Origin: Neoconidiobolus thromboides FSU 785
Taxonomy: Eukaryota > Fungi > Entomophthoromycota
DNA: 64,000 nucleotides
Reading direction: 5' to 3'
NCBI GenBank assembly: GCA_025603075.1
Contig: MU626259.1
Coordinates: 289,718-353,717, forward strand
In this document: one piece after another, positions 24,292 to 35,686 of the stretch
Layout of the letters: the number at the start of each line of letters is the position of its first letter
Position numbering within the stretch: the first letter of the stretch is position 1
Translations under genes and position numbers: made by a program
The notes under the pieces: model-generated
What the model was told of the DNA's origin: nothing
The model's input: the letters and a program-made list of their open reading frames with translations, nothing else
The model's database searches: none

Positions 24292-24762
24292 TTACTCATA
24301 AGGCCAAACTAAAGATCTTCTTGGATAATTGTTATTCAATTTAGAAGGAGTTAAAGATAATTTAATAGTTGGAGTAAATTGAGTGAAACCGTGTTCATTA
24401 ATACGATAACCAAATTGAATTACATCATCAAATTCATTACTATTTAAAATATCAATCTCTTGTTCACTTAATACTTTTTCAGATATTAACATTTCTTTAG
24501 GTGAACAAGCACTAGCTAAACTTTTTGGTGAACTTGGTGCTGAATGAATATACTTTTCTTTTTTAGCAGTTGTCAGAAAGCTGTTCTTGGGGGATAAGGA
24601 AGTGGGAGATAATAAATTCATCCATTTAGACTTTTCACTTTCAATACTATTACTGAATTGTTTCCAACTTGGGTTCAACTTTAGATTATTCTTTTTCTTT
24701 TTATCTAAAGTTACTCGTCCCTGGATTTCAATGGGCTTAGAGGGAGTATAATACGAAGTCAT
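24292..24762 (-). CDS. Small Ser/Pro/Lys-rich hypothetical protein with FDDVI...TIKLSLTP motif
   Basis: ORF 24292-24792, first ATG at 24762; motif shared with ORF 9907-10176. Confidence 0.65.
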   Translation of the reverse strand: MTSYYTPSKPIEIQGRVTLDKKKKNNLKLNPSWKQFSNSIESEKSKWMNLLSPTSLSPKNSFLTTAKKEKYIHSAPSSPKSLASACSPKEMLISEKVLSEQEIDILNSNEFDDVIQFGYRINEHGFTQFTPTIKLSLTPSKLNNNYPRRSLVWPYE

Positions 24763-26465
24763 AATATTATTTATAAATTTAAATAGAATCAAAGTAGTTA
24801 ATTGAATAGTATTTATACTCTTCTATTTCAAGAATAGTGTAAGGTTTAAGGATTCGAAAATTGATAGTTATCATAATTATTTTTAACAAATAAAACAATT
24901 TTATTTTGAACTTGGCTTACCATTTGATTTAACAGCTGAAACTTATTTTTTCTAATATCTACACCCTTACTATTCTATTTTTAGTTACTTTACTACCTTT
25001 TTTTTAGAACTTTTTTAATCATAATTCATTTATCACCCTATTTTGACAATCAGAATATAAATAAAATTAAACTTAAAATACCTTTTATCTCAATTATTTT
25101 GTTTATTATTAAGTTCTACTAAGTTAATATATTAAATAAATTAATAAATTTTAAAGATTTTATTGTGGTATTATTAACTCAACAGATTGGCGAAGTTTTA
25201 TAAATTTTATGTATCTTATTTTATTATTTTAGCGGTTAAATTGTAAGGGGTAAGAACATTTAATGGTTTGTTAACTTTTTTATCCTTAATATATTGAACT
25301 CATATACTTATCATTCATATATATTCATACATATTATAATTATTATAAAACATTATGTTTTAATACTTAAACATAAGGATATAACAATCGATGAGAGAAT
25401 TAATGAGTATTTATTTATTATTCTTAAATTTAAGGAGTAAGTTATACAAATAGTATAGTAATTTGAATATGAAAATATCTAGCTTATAAAATTAGTTTAG
25501 TGATCAAACTCTTATTATTACTACGCATTTATTTTTAACTTTTATTTTTCACTTTCCAATTTATCTTTCAATTACATTATTAATACTATAAAAAAAAGTT
25601 CTAGTCCATCATAAGTCAAACTCATATTATCGGAAATAGCTTTAAAAACTAAGTGAAATAGAATGAAATCAATAATTTATTTGATTCTACAAAATGCTAA
25701 GTAATTTTGGTAAGAATAAATCCCAAATTAATGATTTGTTCATTCTAAATAGATTAAAGAGTGACACTAAATAACTATAAATTATGAAATATTTAATCAT
25801 TTGATTATTTAAATAAAAATATTTAATAATAATATTTTTATTAAAAATAAAGGGAATTATAACTTATATAAACTATTTGATAACTATCTAATAATAAAAA
25901 TACTTATTTTAAATATTAAAATTCCGTTTTGTTAATTTAACAATAAAGTAATATTATCATTATTGCATTTCTATACTATTATTTTAACTTATTTATAATA
26001 ATGATAAAATTCATCTAAAAATAAATTTTATTAAGCTATAATTGATGCTGTCAATGCAAAAATTAGATTTAAAATGGGCAATTAACTTTTGTTAACTAAA
26101 ATTATTATATTAACTATTTAAAGATAATTGACAATATAAAAACAAATAATATATTAATATTAAAATAATGTAAATGTTTTGAAACAGCTTATTAATTTAA
26201 TCGAATAAACTTAATCAAAGTTTTGTATATATGATTTATTTTATTTATAAAGTATATTAAAATCATACTATTTAGTAACTTATTTCAATTACAAAATTTT
26301 TTAATGCTTTAATACAGTTTAGAATAAATATAAATTCAATAGATTTAATAAAAAATATCATATTAATAATAAAAGCTGAATTATTGTAATTTACTCTAAA
26401 AATAATAATATAAAATTTTAAATTTAAATAAATAAATAATAAATTCAATAAAAATATTATAATGG

Positions 26466-26569
26466 TAGGGGATGTATTTTTGTGTTTAAGAATTTTACTA
26501 ACAACTTTTCCACTTGAATAGTGCTTGAGGGATGGAAAAAGTAATGAAGCTAAAAAAACACCCCCAGTA
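26466..26569 (+). mobile_element. MITE-104 copy (variant flanks GGTA/AGTA)
   Basis: Full-length match. Confidence 0.9.
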
Positions 26570-26815
26570 AATAAAAAGAAACCAATAGAATTTAACTAAT
26601 TATAAATAAAACTATTGAATTTTAACAAAATAAATCAACTTTTTATTTAATTATGAAGTTATTAATAATACTCATAAACAATATATTCGGGTATGTATTA
26701 TTAAATAAGTTTTATTTATATAGTTTAAAAATATCAATAATAATAATTGTTTAAGTGCATAAAAATAAAGCTTTTATAATATTGAAAAAACTAAAAAAAC
26801 AATAAAAGAATAAAA

Positions 26816-26920
26816 TAGGGATATTTTTTTTAACTTTATCACTTTTTCCATCTTTTAAGCGCTATTTGAGCGGAAAAATTAGTAGTAAAATTCTTAAATA
26901 CAAAAGTACATCCCCAAATA
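26816..26920 (-). mobile_element. MITE-104 copy
   Basis: Full-length match. Confidence 0.9.
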
Positions 26921-27175
26921 TTAAATAAAAAATAATTTCAAACTATTGGTCATTATTTAAGGTTAAATTTAGATTTAAATTTAAAAATAAGTTTTATAAT
27001 TTAATTTAATATTTATTTGAAAATATTAATTATTTTTAGAGCTCAAAGCGTTTCCTCAACTAGTATGAGTAACAATAATTTATATGGGGATGTATTTTTT
27101 CGTTTAATATTTGGGGATGTACTTTTGTATTTAAGAATTTTACTACTAATTTTTCCGCTCAAATAGCGCTTAAAA
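26853..27175. repeat. Perfect 73-bp inverted duplication between neighbouring MITEs
   Basis: 26853-26925 is the exact reverse complement of 27103-27175, including private variants (gtacttttg, tactactaat). Confidence 0.95.
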
Positions 27176-27213
27176 ATAGAAAAAGCAATGAAACTATAAA
27201 AAACATTCTCATA
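27083..27213 (+). mobile_element. MITE-104 copy with a doubled left terminus
   Basis: tatggggatgtattttttcgtttaa is followed by a second tatttggggatg start. Confidence 0.88.
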
Positions 27214-27563
27214 TTTTTAAATCTATAATAGTTAATCTATTTTTTAAAGAGATAAAGAAAACTTAATAACAATAATAATTTAATTTACACAAACCTCATT
27301 TTTCATATCAGTAATTTATTTTTAGTTCAATTAATTTAATATGCCTTTGTTATTTAATTTAAGTTGTATTTATTAACTTAGTCACTTCTATCACTTTTGT
27401 TAGTTTTTAAAACTAGCCTTTAAAACTCATGATACTTTAAATTAATAAATAGATAAAATTAAATATATATCGGATAGTTTATTAACATGGAATACAAAAA
27501 AATGATATATTATTGTGCTATATTTAATGAAATAATATTCATATTAAATACTATATAAAAAAA

Positions 27564-27665
27564 CATAGGGATGTTTTTTTGATTTCATTACTTTTTCCAT
27601 TATTTAAGCACTATTTGAGTGGAAAGATTGCTAGTAAAATTCAAACAAAAAAATACACTATCGTA
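27564..27665 (-). mobile_element. MITE-104 copy
   Basis: Diverged match. Confidence 0.85.
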
Positions 27666-29221
27666 TGTTAAAAGTGAAAATAAGATTGAAAGTTAATTAA
27701 ATTTTAACCTTAATTTGGCTTACAATCGTTGCTATTGTTTTGTGAGTCGATTAACTACTCACTAAAGAATTTATTATTAAAATTTAGTTGAAATGTAAGG
27801 ATTAAGTGTTAAGAAATTGACTATAAAAATAAGTTTGACAATAGAAATTATATTAAAGAAATTGCAAAATTATTTGTAACAGCTATAAATTACCTTGATC
27901 TTAATTGAAAAATTAAATTAAAACCTTTGAAATATTAGAGCAATCTTATTATATCTATTTCATTTTTTTTTCAAATTAATTATTTGTTCATTTATAAATC
28001 AATTTCATTAGAATTGACAAAGATATATAGGAGTTTTAATTCAGATTCGAATATAAATTATTTAATTATAAAAATATTCGTTAATTTATAAGACATGAAT
28101 TGTCATATTCTAAAAAGAAGCTTCTAAATTGAGGCAATTTTTTAGTTCACCATTGTTATGCTACTTCAGTTATTAGTAAAAAATAAATAATCGAATTTTA
28201 ATATTTTAACTTAAAATATCAAGAGATCCGACATTAAGATTGAAACAATTCGCTGTAGCATTACATTGATCATTAAGATAGAAAATATCTAAATTGATAA
28301 TTAAATTATAGATAAACTAACTAACTATGTCCATTAATGTAATAATTAGCTCGCTATTAGTTAGCTTAATGAACGGATAGTATTGAATTGTAATTTAAAA
28401 TTTAAAAAAGTGGATTAAGTATCAAACTTTAATGACTAATATTAGGTTACAAATGTCAACTACACCTTATTAACCTAGTCTAAGACTTGCTTGTAGATAC
28501 TAATTATAGAAAGTTTCAATAATTTATTATAGTTTCAAATTCTAATAAAGTTAAATCTTCATTGAAATGGGTTATGTTCTTCATAACATTCCAATTAGAT
28601 AATGAAATTAATATGATTCATTGTAACAATAAATAGATAGTTATTATTTAGAATAAAAAACTTAATTTTAGATTGTTCATTTCTTATATAACAAATAATT
28701 AATTATTAAAAATCTAAATGATTTAAAGTATTTAGTTGAATTACTTTAACATTAAATTTAATTCAATTTGATTTAATAAAAAGAATACTTCTATTTATTA
28801 ATCAATAGTTTTTTCGATATAATAATATTATTATATACAAAGAGTATTATCAAATAATCTAAATAAAGAATCAGAAGTAGGTGATTGTAGATAAAGAAAG
28901 GGTGAAAATTTAGTTTATTAAAGTGAAACTTAATAAAGCCAACTAATTTTTAAATAAAAAAATAGTTTAAAAAAAGGGGGTTATTTTTAAGCATAAAACC
29001 CAATAATTTAAATAAACTATTATTAAGTTTTGTTATGACAGTTATTTCTATAATAAGGTTTTTAATATTAGCTAATTTTAAACGAATCTATGCTAATGGT
29101 AATAGCATTATAAAAATTAATACCGAGAAACATTCTATAGTCAATCATTTTAATATAAAAGCTCAATAATATCCTTCTCAATTAAATATCAATAGCTCTA
29201 TTCGATTACAACATATTTAAA

Positions 29222-29893
29222 ATGAAATTATTTAATGGTTACGTTAAAGATAGTAAGGATGCTTTGAAAATAGTAGAGGCCTCAGTGACTGGTAAGTTCG
29301 ATCTAATAACTCAACGATTAACTCAACAAGAAAGAGAGTCAATTAAAGTGGGTGATTGTTATGTGTGGGAACAAAGCTTGAAAATGCAACGATGGACAGA
29401 TGGTATGCGATGGAGTACTTCTCGATATTATAAGAATTTTTTTACCTATTATCAAATTTCATCCGATAAAAGAGAGGAAATGATATTAATGAAAAGAACA
29501 TTTAGTATTCATACTAGAGATAATAGAAGATTTCAATTAGTGAATTATTTATATAAAAACAAAAGTTTGAATAAATTACTTTCAACTCCATCCCAATCCA
29601 ATTTAAATACTATAAAGATCCCACTTCATTATTATATTAAAAAAATTCGTCATCTTCAAATTACATGTAATACATCAAATATTGATAACTATAGTAAACA
29701 TGATACTTTTGATAAAAATCATAACAGTTTATCTAAGAGTAATATAACCTCAAGTCCAAATATCCATTCTTTTGCTCCTTCTTTAATATCGGCTACTTAT
29801 TGTGAATTTCCAAGTTTCAATGATCCTTTGTTACCCCTAAATAGATGTGCTGAAGATCAAAGACAATTAGGACTGCTTAAAGTTTCATTGTAA
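29222..29893 (+). CDS. Gti1/Pac2 (WOPR) family transcription factor, 223 aa
   Basis: FNGYVKDSKDALKIVEA; GDCYVWE; RWTDGMRWSTSR; LMKRTFSI; FQLVNY; C-terminal EDQRQL. Confidence 0.92.
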   Translation: MKLFNGYVKDSKDALKIVEASVTGKFDLITQRLTQQERESIKVGDCYVWEQSLKMQRWTDGMRWSTSRYYKNFFTYYQISSDKREEMILMKRTFSIHTRDNRRFQLVNYLYKNKSLNKLLSTPSQSNLNTIKIPLHYYIKKIRHLQITCNTSNIDNYSKHDTFDKNHNSLSKSNITSSPNIHSFAPSLISATYCEFPSFNDPLLPLNRCAEDQRQLGLLKVSL

Positions 29894-32800
29894 TATAATA
29901 CTTATTAATACTTTATTTTTGTAATTAAATAAAATTATCTTTTTTTTGAATTAAACTTTGTAATTGTTTTTTTTATTGAAATTTAAACTTAAATTTTTTG
30001 ATAATGAATCTCTCATATATTAGTTTAATATTATTAATTCTTTCTTTTAAGTAAATAGTATTATAATTATTTATAAATTTAAATAAGTAATGAGGTTCAT
30101 TTAAAACATAATAAATAGTCAGAATATAAATACATAAATTTAATTTAAGATGTTAAAATTGGCTTTACTCTTGAATGATTGATGTTACATAAATTAATGA
30201 AAATTCAAAACTTTGAATCTTTGAAATTTATTTTAAATGAAAAAAATTTCAAAAAAGGTGATAGTAATATGGCTATCATTTTTAGGATCAATAAAAGTAC
30301 TTTGAGTTGGCTAATAAGTTATGCTTTGATATCCCTTTGACTTTCATTTTCTTTATCTATAAAAAGTTATAAAAAGTCACTGACATTTGTGGATGGATTT
30401 CAATATTCTATCTACCTCTTTTTCCCCAGCTTTTTTTTGTAAGTAGACATATTCTAAACCTTTTGTGTAGCATCTGATTTTCTGGAAAGATGGAGTAAAT
30501 TTTAAATTAAAGCTGAACATAATTATAATAATAGAATTTTTTTAAAATCCTTAAAATAGTGTTAGGTCCCAGCTGTTTTATTGATGCAAAAACATTGATT
30601 TAATTACTTGATTAAGGGAGAGAGGTACAATAAAATGAGTACTTCATGATCTTTTTTATTTTTACCTGATTGAATCCTTGTACTATTAAAGTCAGTTACC
30701 TAGCTCATTTCCCAAATCTATAAAGTAGTAGTATGCTTGAGTTTTTGATTGTAATAGCGTAAAATTAAAAAGTGAAAAAGGATTATTGGTTATAAGTTAA
30801 AAATAAATGTTATTGCCATTCTAGAAAAATACAATTTATTCAGTGTATTTAATAAAAATATTTAAGATATGTGTTACCCATAATTTTTTAAACTTATTTA
30901 CATTCCAATGCTTTTGTTTATTTACTTTATCTTTTCTTCTAAAATAAGTTATTGATAATCTAACGAAAGTGATACTCTTTTATAATAAAAATAGCAATAT
31001 TTTATAACTTAAATAGAGCTTATTGATCAACATTAAGATGTTAATACTATTTTTGAATTCTTTTGAAATTAATTTATAGTATCATTACATATCCCCAACG
31101 TTGATGTCTCTACATGTTTATACTTTTTTTACCTAAGTAAATGCTTTTATTTAACTTTTTTACGAATTACGGTGTGTTTTTTTTTATTTTATGGTAAGTT
31201 ATATTGAGTATACAAAGATTTAATGAGTATCCGACAATTAAATAGGTGTGGAAGTTTAATAAAGCCGAAAACAAGAGTAAAATAAAAAATAGTAATCACA
31301 GCACTATGATTCAATGTAATTTTAGTAGTAAACAAGCTACTATAATTGGCTATTATTTTAATATTAAAATCATCACTTAAAAAATTCAATAAATCATTTA
31401 TTATTTAAGAAGTGTAAATTCTTCAAAGAGACTGATATTGTGTGTTGAATCTAAATATTGGTTTATTCTTTAAAGGACTTTAATTATACATTTTGTACTC
31501 ACAAACAGGCGGAAAAACAATATTATGATAAAAAGATTTGTTAAATCATTACTATTTAAAATATAGTAGTTTAATTTTTTATCAAAGTATCTCGGGTATA
31601 AATAATTTATTCAGTTACTATAAAAATCCTTTTCTTTATCAATTTTTAATTTATACTTTATTAAATGCTTTTAGATAAAAATGGCTATTTATTTGAATAG
31701 TAATTAAAGTAGTGCTTGAATAAAATCAAAACAAATAAATAAAATATACAAAAACCAAACTTAAAATAGTTTAAAATTGCTAAGATAGTAAATCATTTAG
31801 TCATTTTTACTTTATCAAGTACTGGAAATATTATTCATTAGATTGTACAATAGAGTTATTGGGAAGTAAATTTCTAGAAAGTGTGAAAATAATAAATGTT
31901 AGTCACATTACACAAAAATTTAAGTGCTTTGTTTAAAGATATTCGGATAGAAAATACTTAAAAATAAGCTACTTTCAAAATGGTTGGACATCCACTTTTA
32001 TAAAAAGAAACTAATCCCGCATCACCTTATTTAATCCTTATTTTTAATATGACATTATGCATAAAACCCAAGAATAAAGCATAAAAATATAAAATGAAGA
32101 ACTTAATATAATGATATAACGATTACTATTGACTATAACAATACAAAAATACTACTGTATTATTCAAAATGACTTCAAGTACCTCTGTTATATTATCATT
32201 TAAATTAACTTAAAATATATTAACTGTATTTGTAACTCTATCTGAGATTCATAAGCTTCTATTTCGTCATTATTTTGACCCTTAAAATAAAGATACATTA
32301 ATAACTTAATAATAATAATAATGAGCTATATTCTTTTTTTCTAATTAATTTAATTTTAATTGTTTATAGAAAACAAACTACCATAAAAATGAATAAACTC
32401 TTGTAAATAATTGATTGACTAAATTAAGCTTTTAATCATTTTGTTAAATTGGGGAAATTATTAAAAATTACATTAGTATAAGCCTCTGAATAATGATATT
32501 AAGATAATTGAAATGAATAATTAGAATGTAGAAACTATTTTGAATAAAGGAGTTATAGTATTAATATTAGTATAATGAATTATTATTGAACTTTAATTAT
32601 GAAATCCGAATTTTTGGAAGTAAAATAATAAACTTGAATTTTATTAACATTTCGAATAGAAAGATATTATCGAATAAAAGCTTAATAACAATATGAGTTT
32701 GATGAATTTATTGGCTTATAACAAGCTACTTTTTTGTAGCTTATCCATAGAAAATTAGCTTTAGTCAATTATAATTTAAGATTAAATGGGATTCCACTTC

Positions 32801-33192
32801 CCACATCTAAAAAAATTAATTAATATTTTAGTCCTCTAGAATAAATTAAACTTTTTTAAAGTATAAAATTAAATATAGAAGTTGTTCTAATTGAAATGGT
32901 ATTAATAACCAATCAAATTTTAGAAATTAAATGAATTAGGTTAACTAAAGTATTAATAAGTAATAACACAGAATAAAGTTAATTTGAGGTGGAATAAAGA
33001 TATGAAAAAAAGCCAAAATTTAGTAATAATCTTTTTTTTGAATGCACCTCTACTTTAAATCATAACTCGCTGTAATTAAATGGAACAAAGCATGCCATTA
33101 AAAGAATAGGATGAACTTGAGCAACCCCCGATTACTCGAGTCACAATGAGGTATATATAGAGAGCAAATAAACTAGAATTCAAATTAAAAAA

Positions 33193-33912
33193 ATGAATAA
33201 TATTTCAAACAACTCCAAATTTAATTTATTTCATGGTTTCGTTCAAGATTCTAAAGATGCTCTAATGGTTATTGAAGCTTCCAAGCTAGGGCATTTAAGT
33301 TTAGTAAAGAGAAGATTAGATCGTAACAATAAAAGTTTAGTGAAGCCAGGTGTTTGCTTCGTTTGGGAAGAAAGTAGTTCGAATATATCCCGATGGACGG
33401 ATGGACGATCATGGTCCAAATCAAGATATTACAAAAACTTTTTTACTTATTATGAGAAAAAGAAAGATGTCGATATTGGTAATAATGAAGCTTCCAATTT
33501 AATCAAGAGAACTTTTACAATTAAAGGAAAAGATAATCGAAAATTTCAATTAGTTAATTATCTTTACAACTCCAAAGCCGAAAATAATAAATTACTACGT
33601 CCTAAAAATTCACCCTTAAACCAAATAAATATACCAAAGGACTATTACTACAAAAAAGATACTTCAGATGAACATAACCTTACTGCCAACAATACAAATA
33701 ACGATGCAATTAATAATGAAGCTAATAGTATTTCATCACAATGCAATCCACAAACAATGACTTCATTAAGTAATCTAAATTCACCTCTGTCTTATCTTCC
33801 GCAGGAAAATAATAGGTTATTAGCATCCACGTTTTTATTAGAATGTCCAGTTCATAATACCCTATATTCTGAAGATAAAAAAATGGTATCCTTATTTAAG
33901 ATTGAACTATGA
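33193..33912 (+). CDS. Gti1/Pac2 (WOPR) family transcription factor, 239 aa; closest paralog of 13760-14446
   Basis: FHGFVQDSKDALMVIEA; PGVCFVWEE; RWTDGRSWSKSR; LIKRTFTI; shared tail LLECP..NTL..ED....SLF.I.L. Confidence 0.92.
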   Translation: MNNISNNSKFNLFHGFVQDSKDALMVIEASKLGHLSLVKRRLDRNNKSLVKPGVCFVWEESSSNISRWTDGRSWSKSRYYKNFFTYYEKKKDVDIGNNEASNLIKRTFTIKGKDNRKFQLVNYLYNSKAENNKLLRPKNSPLNQINIPKDYYYKKDTSDEHNLTANNTNNDAINNEANSISSQCNPQTMTSLSNLNSPLSYLPQENNRLLASTFLLECPVHNTLYSEDKKMVSLFKIEL

Positions 33913-34564
33913 TCTTTTGCTCTATTTAGTTGGTTAATTTATTAATAAAGCTCTAATTATTTATCTTCTATTTGTTTTGTTTTAAGATTTGTAACTAGGT
34001 TTCTTTTTAGAACGTTAAGCAAAGGAATCTAGATCTTTACTATGATACAATATGAATCAGTAAATAATTAATATTGACTTTTTATGCAGCTATTATTAAA
34101 ATTAGAAACTGTTTAGAAAGAAAATAATAATGAATAAATTTAATAAATGATTTTATTTACATTCCTCTTTGAGTGTTTTAATAACATTTTTAAGCTTTTT
34201 ATATGCTAAAACAAGGCATTGAATATTAGCTTTAAGGGCTTTTCTAGGAGTATTACTGATTCAAGCTAAACATTAGATAATTTTGGAATTTGTCATACTT
34301 TTGAAATTTTAGTTATAAGACTTTATAATTTCCATTAGAAATCTTTAAATAAAAAATCAACTAAAAAGTTTAGTTACATTTAAATTGAATTAGCAATAGA
34401 TGTCATCTATCAAAAATCATTTCATAACTGTTATCGATTTTGTTTATATTTGAAGATTTTCATAATGATATAAAAAGTAGATTCTACTGCTTATTCAGCG
34501 CTATTAAATACTTTTTTCACACTTGATTATAATTAACAAACTTATTTGTTTACACTTTCTATTA

Positions 34565-34668
34565 TTTGGAGGTATTTTTTTTGACTTCATTACTTTTTCC
34601 ATTTTTTAAGTGCTATTTAAGCGGAAAATTTGTTAATAAAATTTTTAAATACGAAAATACATCCCTAT
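34565..34668 (-). mobile_element. MITE-104 copy
   Basis: Diverged match. Confidence 0.85.
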
Positions 34669-35013
34669 TTACTAAATAAAAGTTATATGGAAATAATAAA
34701 CCTATCTGAATCATTACTAGGCTAATAATAAATAAGAAAGATAAAGAAGTTTTTTTTCAGGCTTTGGTATTTTTTAAATCAATTATATATAGCTACTTTT
34801 CTATTTTAATAAAACATTTAGGAGTTTGTATTCAAGAATACAAAACTATTATGATGTTTTTAGGTGTTTTTACAAAGTATTAATAATATTCATAATGATA
34901 TAGAGTGTATGATTTTTTATTATTTAAATTTCCTTTTTAAGTATAAATTAACTTGATTTAAAGAATAAATAATGACCAATCAATATTTAAGCTAAATTTA
35001 CTATAACTTAGGA

Positions 35014-35096
35014 TTTGAGGATGTTTTTTTAGTTTTATTACTTTTTCCATCTTTTGAGCACTATTTGAGTGGAAAGATTGTTGGTAAAATTCTTTA
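35014..35096 (-). mobile_element. MITE-104 copy, truncated
   Basis: One terminus missing. Confidence 0.8.
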
Positions 35097-35213
35097 AAAA
35101 TATATTTTTATTTAATTTTAGCTAAAAAAAAGCATCATTTTAATTTCTTGAAAGTTTTTATATTAACTTTGACAACTTTAACCCTAACTTTAATATTAAT
35201 ATTAATATTAAAA

Positions 35214-35313
35214 CATGGGGATATATTTTTGTATTTAGGAATTTTACTAATAATTTTTCCACTCAAATAGCCCTTAAAAGATGGAAAAAGTAATAAAAAA
35301 AAACACACCTACA
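35214..35313 (+). mobile_element. MITE-104 copy
   Basis: Diverged match. Confidence 0.85.
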
Positions 35314-35353
35314 TGGTGTAAAGGTCTTTAATTTTAAATTAAATTATAAAGAA

Positions 35354-35454
35354 ATGGCGATGTTTTTTTTGGTTTCATTACTTCTACTTTTTAAGTGCTA
35401 TTTGGGTGGAAAAATTGTTAGTAAAATTCTTAAGCAAAATAATACATTCCCATA
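35354..35454 (-). mobile_element. MITE-104 copy
   Basis: Diverged match. Confidence 0.85.
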
Positions 35455-35686
35455 TAATAACAAATAAAGCATATAAAATACTAATAATTTTTTTATATTA
35501 ATAACGAATTATGTAAAGAATTATAAAAAAAGCACCTAAAAATTAAAATAGGTTTATTAGAACTAAGTATAATAAAATTTACAAAAAATTCAATAATAAA
35601 AGTTTTTATTTAAGAATTTTATTAATAATCTTCCTACTTAAATAGCATTTAAAAGAATGAGAAGGTGATAAAATCAAAAAAAAATA

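Noticed and set aside
30240-30830. Possible Copia integrase relic (LTFVDGFQ...)
   Set aside because: Only a 5-6 residue resemblance, many stops and no supporting downstream motifs.
31189-31389. 66-aa ORF
   Set aside because: Non-ATG start, AT-rich, no coding signal.
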